NCBI GenBank assembly: GCA_037444445.1
Contig: JBBIMK010000003.1
Span: forward strand, 28,472-60,471
Direction of reading: 5' to 3'
DNA: 32,000 nt
Source: a bacterium
GTDB lineage: Bacteria > UBP7 > UBA6624 > JBBIMK01
In this document: positions 26,021-32,000 of the stretch, piece after piece
Numbering within the stretch: position 1 is the first letter of the stretch
Layout: each line of letters opens with the position of its first letter
Translations under genes and position numbers: made by a program
The notes under the pieces: generated by a model
Seen by the model: only the letters and a program-made list of their open reading frames with translations
Database searches by the model: none
Told to the model about the DNA's origin: nothing

Positions 26021-26611
26021 TCAATCTGGTTTCGTTCTGTCGGTCATAGACATCCAGAGAAGGACTGCGGAGATAAGAATGAGGACAAAGGAAACGCAAG
26101 TGAGAATAATTGGCAAGGAGAGGTAGGTTATCAGGAGAGGAACCGAGAGAGTGCCGAGAATACTGCCGGCGGTGGAGATGGCGATGAGGAGCCCGGATGT
26201 TCGCCCCACTCCATTCAAATCCCGGGTTTCCAGTTTGATGGCAAAGGGGCTGACGGTGGCCAACAGGAGGCAGGGAAGAAAGAACAGGAGAAAGGATGCG
26301 AAAAGTGGGGGAAGAAATTTCCCCCACCGAAGGGCTTCCAGAAGGTGGGTTACCGGGCGCGCCAGCAGAGAGGATGACAGAATAGCCAGCGCTGAAATCG
26401 CCACGAGAATAGCGAGGACAGAGCGTCGTGGAAACCGGTCCGCCACCCACCCACCCACATAGTATCCCATGCTCATGGCGCCAAGGAATACACTAATTAC
26501 ATCCGTCCAGATAATCATGGAACTCCCGAAAGATGGGGTGAGTAGCCGAACTCCAATAATCTCCAGAATGAGGATAGACGCTCCTGTTAGAAATGTGACT
26601 ATTTTAATCAT
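26021..26611 (-). CDS. Polytopic membrane protein resembling the N-terminal membrane module of fused MFS/spermidine-synthase-like proteins
   Basis: FLTGASILILEIIGVRLLTPSFGSS...VFLGAMSMGYYVGGWVADRF matches, by eye, the conserved start of those fusion proteins. There are about 6 hydrophobic helices. No synthase domain follows. Confidence 0.65.
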   Translation of the reverse strand: MIKIVTFLTGASILILEIIGVRLLTPSFGSSMIIWTDVISVFLGAMSMGYYVGGWVADRFPRRSVLAILVAISALAILSSSLLARPVTHLLEALRWGKFLPPLFASFLLFFLPCLLLATVSPFAIKLETRDLNGVGRTSGLLIAISTAGSILGTLSVPLLITYLSLPIILTCVSFVLILISAVLLWMSMTDRTKPD

Positions 26612-26782
26612 TTTTCTTCCCTTTCTTCCCGTTGATTTTTCTCCTCATCCCTCTCTTGCTGTTCATCTTCATTTTATCTGAACCTCGTAACTTTATGAAG
26701 TAAAAGGCAGAATGGACGATGCGCCCGGGGCTATTTCCCATTCCTTTCCCTTTTTCTGCGGTAGAATAGAAACGGAACGAAA

Positions 26783-27577
26783 ATGCGGGAAAAATCTCGC
26801 AGTAAAGAAGGAAAGAGAGCCCTGGTTTTAGGAGTGGGAGGTGCGAAAGGGCTTGCCCATGTAGGAGTTTTGATGGCTCTGGAGGAGGCAGGCGTTCAGC
26901 CGGACCTGATTGTGGGAGCCAGTATGGGAGCTTTGATAGGTTTTCTTTACTCTGCCGGTTTGTCTCTCCCCGCCATCCAGCAGGAGTGCTTGAACTTTCA
27001 CCGTCAAAAGTATTTTGCCCTCGCGGACCCTTCCTTTTCCTTCACCGGTTTCATCTCCGGCAAGCGGTTGCTGGCGTACCTGAAGAAGGTAACCGGGAAT
27101 CCGGATTTTGAGGAATTAAAAATTCCCCTGGCAGTGGTGGTGACTGATTCTACCACGGGAGAAAAGGTGGTGGTGAGAGAGGGAAATGTAGCGGAAGCGG
27201 TCCGGGGAAGCATTTCTATACCGGGTGTTTTCACTCCGCACCTATGGCAGGGGAAGTGGCTTTTAGATGGCGGATTAACGGAGCCCTTGCCAGTTCCAAC
27301 TGCCCTCTCTATGGGGGCTATGGAGATTTATGCAGTGGATGTTCTCGGGAGGTTGCCGCCACGGATGGCTCGCCGCCCAACCTTACTGGATTTTTACATC
27401 AAAAGTGTCGCAATCCTTCAGCGCTCTTTAACCCGGGCTGCCCTGGAGCGCGCAGATGTGGTCATCCAGCCAGATATGAGTGAGGTGCTGTGGTCGGATT
27501 TTCACAAGGCACGCTTCGCCATCCAGCAAGGCTATCAGGCCACCAAAACAGCGTTAACAGAAAAGTCTTTGCGTTAA
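26783..27577 (+). CDS. Patatin-like phospholipase
   Basis: GVGGAKGLAHVGVL (oxyanion Gly-rich loop), GASMGA (GxSxG nucleophile) and LLDGGL (catalytic Asp-Gly). Confidence 0.88.
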   Translation: MREKSRSKEGKRALVLGVGGAKGLAHVGVLMALEEAGVQPDLIVGASMGALIGFLYSAGLSLPAIQQECLNFHRQKYFALADPSFSFTGFISGKRLLAYLKKVTGNPDFEELKIPLAVVVTDSTTGEKVVVREGNVAEAVRGSISIPGVFTPHLWQGKWLLDGGLTEPLPVPTALSMGAMEIYAVDVLGRLPPRMARRPTLLDFYIKSVAILQRSLTRAALERADVVIQPDMSEVLWSDFHKARFAIQQGYQATKTALTEKSLR

Positions 27578-27776
27578 ATATCACCCACTCTATTTTATCC
27601 AGCATGAGGCCGGAAACCTGTGCTCCTTACCTCACTCCCTGTTCAGGAAAAGTGAGACGCACCCAAAGCCTTATACCAAACCCGCCATTCTGGCTTCTAA
27701 GGGCTCATGACAAGCCTTAGAAAAACCATGCCGATTTCATGTGTATCTTTCAGGTTAGAATAAAGATTGTAATGAC

Positions 27777-27803
27777 TTGCCATTAGAAATTTTATGATAG
27801 AAT
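27777..27803 (+). promoter_or_regulatory. Candidate promoter in an AT-rich tract upstream of the small ORF and SNF2 gene
   Basis: TTGCCA (27777-27782), 15-nt spacer ending TGa, TAGAAT (27798-27803). The surrounding ~130 bp are visibly AT-rich relative to the window. Confidence 0.35.
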
Positions 27804-27854
27804 TTAACCGAATAAAGCAAGAAGATATTGAACTTTTAAGGAAGTTTTTACGAG

Positions 27855-28088
27855 ATGGGTTTTGGAAGCACCGGGTCGGTGAAGTGCTTGATGGCGGAAG
27901 CACTGATAAAGGCGATGGAAGACCCCTCTAAGCGAGGATGCACTTATAAGGAGTTGTATCAGGTGTGTAACCGGAAATGGAGATTTACCAACGGGGAAAC
28001 AGGGCAAGAAAGAGAATATGACCATACTTTAGATTATAAGAACATCGGGCAAGGGGTTAATTCGCCTGCGGGGACTCAGGGACGGTAA
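27855..28088 (+). CDS. Hypothetical small protein (77 aa)
   Basis: ATG preceded by AAGGAAG at about 10 nt. It ends 47 nt before the SNF2 gene on the same strand. No motif recognised; coding status uncertain. Confidence 0.4.
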   Translation: MGFGSTGSVKCLMAEALIKAMEDPSKRGCTYKELYQVCNRKWRFTNGETGQEREYDHTLDYKNIGQGVNSPAGTQGR

Positions 28089-28135
28089 GAGTGACACTGG
28101 TAAAGAAATGAAGTCGTGAAGGAAATAGAAGAAGG

Positions 28136-30478
28136 ATGAATTCAGTTCGGCTGGATATTCAAGAAGGTGCAATAAAACTTCAGATTGAGGGATTATTGCC
28201 GGCTGACCTGGAGGGTGTGCTCAAGAAAGCCTTGACCCGGGGAGAAATTCCAGAGGACCAGTTTTTCACTCTTTACCGCCTGTTTAAAAACCGTGAAATC
28301 CGAATGGTTCTTACGCCTGCATTCCAGGAGCATCTGGAAGCATTAAAAAAGCGATATGGTGTTCATATCTGCTTGAAAAAGGAAGCAGGGAAAAAGAAAC
28401 TTGGGGTAGAGATGGCTCCAGACCTCTCGCCCAACATTCAGAAAATTCTCCACCGGGAGATCACCCCCTGGGGAACCTTGAAGAAGATTTCTCGCATCGG
28501 GAATTTACTAAAGAAGTTAGAGGAACGAGGGGCGTATCTTACGCTCACGCCAGAAGCCAGGAATTATATGGACTATTATCGGCGAAGGAATACGGTTTGT
28601 TTCGTTTTCCAGGATGGGGGAATCGGTGTGAAGGAACCAGCGGTTCTTTTCCCCAAACTTTACTCTCTCCTCCAACCCTTTCTAAAAGATGGGTATCTGG
28701 AGGACCCTTTAATGTTTCCTCGTCTCGTGAAACGGTTGAAGGAAAGAGGAAAAGAAGGATGGGTGGAAGTGGACCCTATGGCTGGGCGGGTGTATACTGT
28801 TTTTGCTCGCAACCATTGCTCTATTTTACCCTCGCCGGATTTCTACCAGCACATTGAGGTTGTTTTTGATGAAAAATATCTGCAGGATTCTTTCAAGAAA
28901 ATTCTCGCTCCCTTTGTGGATGTCTATCACCTGCTGAAGGATTATCGGGAAGTGGAGCCGCTGGTAGAGAAGTTGAGGTCGGCAGGATGCTCGGTGAAAC
29001 TTTATCCAGAAACCTATGAGGTGGTGAGGCTCCAGGCGAGGATTGCTGGCGCTGATATGCCAGATTTCTTAAAATATCCGCTCTACGAGTATGAGAAAAA
29101 GGGGAGTGTTTTCCTGGCGGTGCAGGGAAATGCTCTGCTGGCAGATGAGATGGGATTAGGAAAGACGGCGCAAGCCATTGCAGCTTTCCTCCTCCTGAAA
29201 TCTGAGGGCAAGGTTAAAAATGCTCTTGTGATTGTTCCGGCTTCCTTAAAACTTCAGTGGGCACGAGAAATTGAGAAATTTACTGATGAACCCTATGTGG
29301 TCATCTTCGGTGCGAAAGAGCAAAGAATCCAACAATATAACCGAGCGCCAGTTTCTTTTTATATTCTCAATTACGAGCTTCTTCTCCGGGATTTTGAAGA
29401 AATCCGGAGGTTGAATGCGGACCTGATCATCCTGGATGAGGCACAGCGGATTAAAAATTATCAAACCAAAACCCATCAACTCATCCGCCTCCTTCAGCGA
29501 AAATACGCCTTTGCGCTCACGGGCACACCCCTGGAAAATCATCTGATGGAACTCTACACGGTGATGCGTTTCTTAAACCCCTCTGTCCTGGGTGGGAATG
29601 TGCAAACCTTTATGAGGCGGTATTGCATTAAAAACCACTTCGGCGCCATCATCGGTTACCGGCGTATGGAGGAGGTCCGAAAGAAGGTGAGTGCCATTAT
29701 TCTTCGGCGAACCAAGCAGGAAGTCCTTTCGGAATTGCCTGAACGAGTTGAAAACATTTACAGTGTGCCACTCACGCCAGTTCAAGAAAAAATGTACCGG
29801 CAATATCGCCAACCCTTGCTGGAACTTTTGAAGAAGAAAGAAGAGTGGAGAGAGAGAGACCTTCACGAGGCGTTCGGGCAAATGACCTATCTACTGGAAA
29901 TCTGCGATTCCGCTGAACTGGTGGATGAGCAGGAAAAGGCTTCCTCTAAACTGGAGGAGTTGAAGCCCATTCTGGAAGAAATTTTATCCAGTGAGCATAA
30001 AATTTTGCTTTTCTCCCAGTGGGAGCGAATGACCGCCATTCTCCAGCGAGAGATAGAAAAAATGGATGTGAAAACTGTTCGCTTCTATGGCGACTTGAGT
30101 CCGAAAGAACGGCAGGAAACGATAGATGCGTTCACGAATCAGCAGGACATCCGCGTTTTTATTTCCACGGATGCCGGTGCCCTCGGCGTCAATCTACAGG
30201 CGGCGGATTTTGTGATAAATTTTGACCTGCCCTGGAATCCAGCCAAACTGGAACAGCGTATTGCACGAGCCCATCGTATCGGACAGAAAAGAACTGTCAA
30301 TGTGGTCAACCTCATCACTATCCGAACCCTTGAATCCGGTATTTTGAAAGTGCTGTACAAAAAGCGCCGCCTTTTCAAAGAAATTTTTGATTACCTGGAA
30401 ACGGAAAGGATGCTTTCCTCTGCCCCTGCTGCCCGTCAGATGATTGCCCAGATTCTAAAAGGAGAATCCGGGGATTAA
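28136..30478 (+). CDS. SNF2-family helicase/translocase with an unassigned ~330-aa repeat-containing N-terminal region
   Basis: LADEMGLGKT (motif I, about 29141-29167), LIILDEAQRIKN (motif II, about 29435), LTGTPLEN, a Helicase_C region and RAHRIGQKR (motif VI, about 30272). GAAGAAGG SD. Confidence 0.92.
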   Translation: MNSVRLDIQEGAIKLQIEGLLPADLEGVLKKALTRGEIPEDQFFTLYRLFKNREIRMVLTPAFQEHLEALKKRYGVHICLKKEAGKKKLGVEMAPDLSPNIQKILHREITPWGTLKKISRIGNLLKKLEERGAYLTLTPEARNYMDYYRRRNTVCFVFQDGGIGVKEPAVLFPKLYSLLQPFLKDGYLEDPLMFPRLVKRLKERGKEGWVEVDPMAGRVYTVFARNHCSILPSPDFYQHIEVVFDEKYLQDSFKKILAPFVDVYHLLKDYREVEPLVEKLRSAGCSVKLYPETYEVVRLQARIAGADMPDFLKYPLYEYEKKGSVFLAVQGNALLADEMGLGKTAQAIAAFLLLKSEGKVKNALVIVPASLKLQWAREIEKFTDEPYVVIFGAKEQRIQQYNRAPVSFYILNYELLLRDFEEIRRLNADLIILDEAQRIKNYQTKTHQLIRLLQRKYAFALTGTPLENHLMELYTVMRFLNPSVLGGNVQTFMRRYCIKNHFGAIIGYRRMEEVRKKVSAIILRRTKQEVLSELPERVENIYSVPLTPVQEKMYRQYRQPLLELLKKKEEWRERDLHEAFGQMTYLLEICDSAELVDEQEKASSKLEELKPILEEILSSEHKILLFSQWERMTAILQREIEKMDVKTVRFYGDLSPKERQETIDAFTNQQDIRVFISTDAGALGVNLQAADFVINFDLPWNPAKLEQRIARAHRIGQKRTVNVVNLITIRTLESGILKVLYKKRRLFKEIFDYLETERMLSSAPAARQMIAQILKGESGD

Positions 30479-30559
30479 CCCGCCTTAGAGTTTCCCTGTC
30501 CAGTGGGAAGCCGATTAAGTCCGTAGCAATAAGTTTCGCGGTATAAATGAAGGCTGACT

Positions 30560-31420
30560 TTATTCCGGTTCTATATGAACGATGACTTCGGCAACGCCGG
30601 GGAAAGAGTTTTTCAACCGGTCCTCTATTTCCTGGCTCACGCGATGGGCTTCTTCAATATTCATCGTTCGGGCCACAGAGGCATGCAGGTCAATGAAAAT
30701 TTCATCCTGTCTTCCACGACTTCGGATGTTGTAACAACGCTTCACACCGGCTACTTGAAGGGCAATCTGTTCTATTCCTTCCGGGTGAATGATGCGCGTA
30801 TCTACGAGAACACGGGAAGCACGAAGCAAGACATCCACGCCTGCGCGTGCAATCGTTACTGCCACCAGGAGTGCGGTGAATAAATCTGCCTCTGGATATC
30901 CTATCCGGATTGCCGCCAGGGTGGCCAGAACGAGGACCGAAACGAAAATATCACTTCGGGTATGATAAGAATCTGCCAGCAGGAAGTCGCTATTCCATTT
31001 CTTCGCCTGATGGGATTCATACAGGTAAATGATGGTATTGATGAGCATCGTCAGGAGGAGAATCACAAATCCAGCCCCTGTGATGTTTGGGGAAACAGGA
31101 TGGAAAATTCTCTGGAAGGCAGAGCGGATGATTTCAAAGGATAACAGAATCAACAGGGCGGCGATAAACAGGCTCACCAGCGTTTCAATCTTGGCGTGAC
31201 CATAGGGATGCTCTTTATCTCGGGGCTTGGCAGCCGCACCTATGGCCACCAGCCCCACAATGTTGGAAGAGCCGTCCGAGAAGGAATGAAGCCCATCCGC
31301 TAACACGCTGGCAGATAACGACACCCACCCATAAATTACCTTGGCAATGGCTACCCCCCAGTTAAAACCCAGAACTACCCAGAGGGTGGCCTGAATGGCT
31401 TGATAGCGTTCCTTTCGCAT
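30560..31420 (-). CDS. Cation diffusion facilitator (CDF) family metal efflux transporter
   Basis: LADGLHSFSDGSSN (TM2 HxxxD-like site), YHTRSDIFVS (TM5 site), six TM segments and a C-terminal cytoplasmic domain ending VHIEP. Confidence 0.9.
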   Translation of the reverse strand: MRKERYQAIQATLWVVLGFNWGVAIAKVIYGWVSLSASVLADGLHSFSDGSSNIVGLVAIGAAAKPRDKEHPYGHAKIETLVSLFIAALLILLSFEIIRSAFQRIFHPVSPNITGAGFVILLLTMLINTIIYLYESHQAKKWNSDFLLADSYHTRSDIFVSVLVLATLAAIRIGYPEADLFTALLVAVTIARAGVDVLLRASRVLVDTRIIHPEGIEQIALQVAGVKRCYNIRSRGRQDEIFIDLHASVARTMNIEEAHRVSQEIEDRLKNSFPGVAEVIVHIEPE

Positions 31421-31429
31421 ATCACAGGT

Positions 31430-31438
31430 ATTTTACCA
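31430..31438 (-). promoter_or_regulatory. Extended -10 element (TGgTAAAAT) 9 nt upstream of the CDF ATG; possible leaderless mRNA
   Basis: Minus strand reads TGGTAAAAT, then acctgtgat, then ATG (31420). No SD between them. Confidence 0.3.
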
Positions 31439-31478
31439 CTTCTGCAAGGTTCCAATTCTGCCTCCGGTTCCCGAAAAC

Positions 31479-31544
31479 TTGACAAACAACTAAAAGTTTC
31501 ATATCCTTGTAGAATCAGGATGAAAGGGAAACGAAGTTTCATCC
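31479..31544 (+). promoter_or_regulatory. Candidate promoter plus 5'-UTR hairpin upstream of the membrane-protein gene
   Basis: TTGACA (31479-31484), 17 nt, TATCCT (31502-31507). A perfect 8-bp hairpin follows: GGATGAAA (31518-31525) with TTTCATCC (31537-31544) and an 11-nt loop. A 9-nt direct repeat AAGTTTCAT occurs at 31494-31502 and 31534-31542. Confidence 0.3.
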
Positions 31545-31565
31545 CAATTTCGGAGGTGATTTTTG

Positions 31566-31979
31566 ATGAAATGGGGTAAGTGGTTGACGGCGTGGATTCT
31601 GGTGGGCATCATCTTCAGTATTTATGATTATCTCATTCACGGCACCCTGATGGCGAAGACCTATGAGACCGTGGTAATCTTCACCACCACGAATATCATC
31701 TTCCCCATTCTGGTGGATTTCTTGCAGGCTCTACTTTTTACGCTCTTATACGCTGTCACCTGGAAGTCTTTCCGGTCAGGGTTAGAGGGTGGGGTGCAGT
31801 TTGGACTTCTCACTTCTCTCCTCGTATTCGTTCCATCTAACCTGTTTATCATACTCTATACCAAACACCCCGAATTTCCTGTTGCCATCCCCCGCTGGTG
31901 GATTCTTTTCGGCATCATTCAGTATGTGATAGGAGGAGCTATCGCCGCCCTCGTATTCCGAGAAAAAGAGTCGTCCTGA
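31566..31979 (+). CDS. Hypothetical integral membrane protein (about 4 TM)
   Basis: Hydrophobic helices throughout (WLTAWILVGIIFSIYDYLIHG..., LVDFLQALLFTLLYAV, WWILFGIIQYVIGGAIAALVF). GGAGGTG SD 7 nt before ATG 31566; the track's TTG at 31563 is one codon upstream. Confidence 0.6.
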   Translation: MKWGKWLTAWILVGIIFSIYDYLIHGTLMAKTYETVVIFTTTNIIFPILVDFLQALLFTLLYAVTWKSFRSGLEGGVQFGLLTSLLVFVPSNLFIILYTKHPEFPVAIPRWWILFGIIQYVIGGAIAALVFREKESS

Positions 31980-32000
31980 GGCCTTAATCCTGCACTCTTT

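Noticed and set aside
27640-27725. Hairpins after the patatin gene (CTCACT...AGTGAG at about 27641-27666; CTAAGGGCT...AGCCTTAG at about 27687-27719) as intrinsic terminators
   Set aside because: Neither is followed by a U-tract on the plus strand. The second is followed by an A-run, which is the wrong polarity for a terminator of either flanking gene.
1-32000. CRISPR arrays, tRNA/rRNA genes, IS elements, integrases, toxin-antitoxin pairs and long direct or inverted repeats
   Set aside because: A scan of all intergenic gaps by eye found none. There were no spaced direct repeats, no tRNA-like T-arm (GGTTCGAATCC-type) sequences and no transposase- or integrase-like ORFs. A tRNAscan, Infernal or repeat-finder run would be needed for certainty.

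Overview
Gene-dense prokaryotic chromosomal window of about 50% GC by eye. It is mostly housekeeping genes arranged in long co-directional blocks, many with overlapping start and stop codons. Recognisable genes include purH, tyrS, ssb, rimO, a cinA(pncC)-thpR(ligT)-recA-recX-rny-ymdB run, an RlmB-like methyltransferase, an aldo/keto reductase and udp. Also present are an MBL hydrolase, a PspC-domain protein, an acyl-CoA (methylmalonyl-type) mutase large subunit, a CcdA-thioredoxin fusion, a ~640-aa aconitase, a patatin-like lipase, a SNF2 helicase and a CDF transporter. By eye I found no rRNA, tRNA, CRISPR array, transposase, integrase or long DNA repeat. One real gene is missing from the supplied ORF track because it runs off the left edge: a cyclase-like/STAND ATPase at 1-1407, minus strand. 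The best candidates for something undescribed are listed below. (1) A translationally coupled trio at 3108-4790 lies between tyrS and purH: a THEP1-type P-loop NTPase, a Cys-rich protein with a degenerate NDT/TIR-like Rossmannoid C-terminal domain, and a small zinc ribbon. (2) Two tandem paralogous small secreted proteins of unrecognised family (22928-23759) head a co-directional envelope/redox gene run. (3) A SNF2 helicase with four N-terminal ~75-aa repeats sits behind an AT-rich promoter-like tract and a small ORF, next to a patatin lipase. All functional ideas for these three are inference. No database searches were possible, so homology calls rest on motif recognition by eye.
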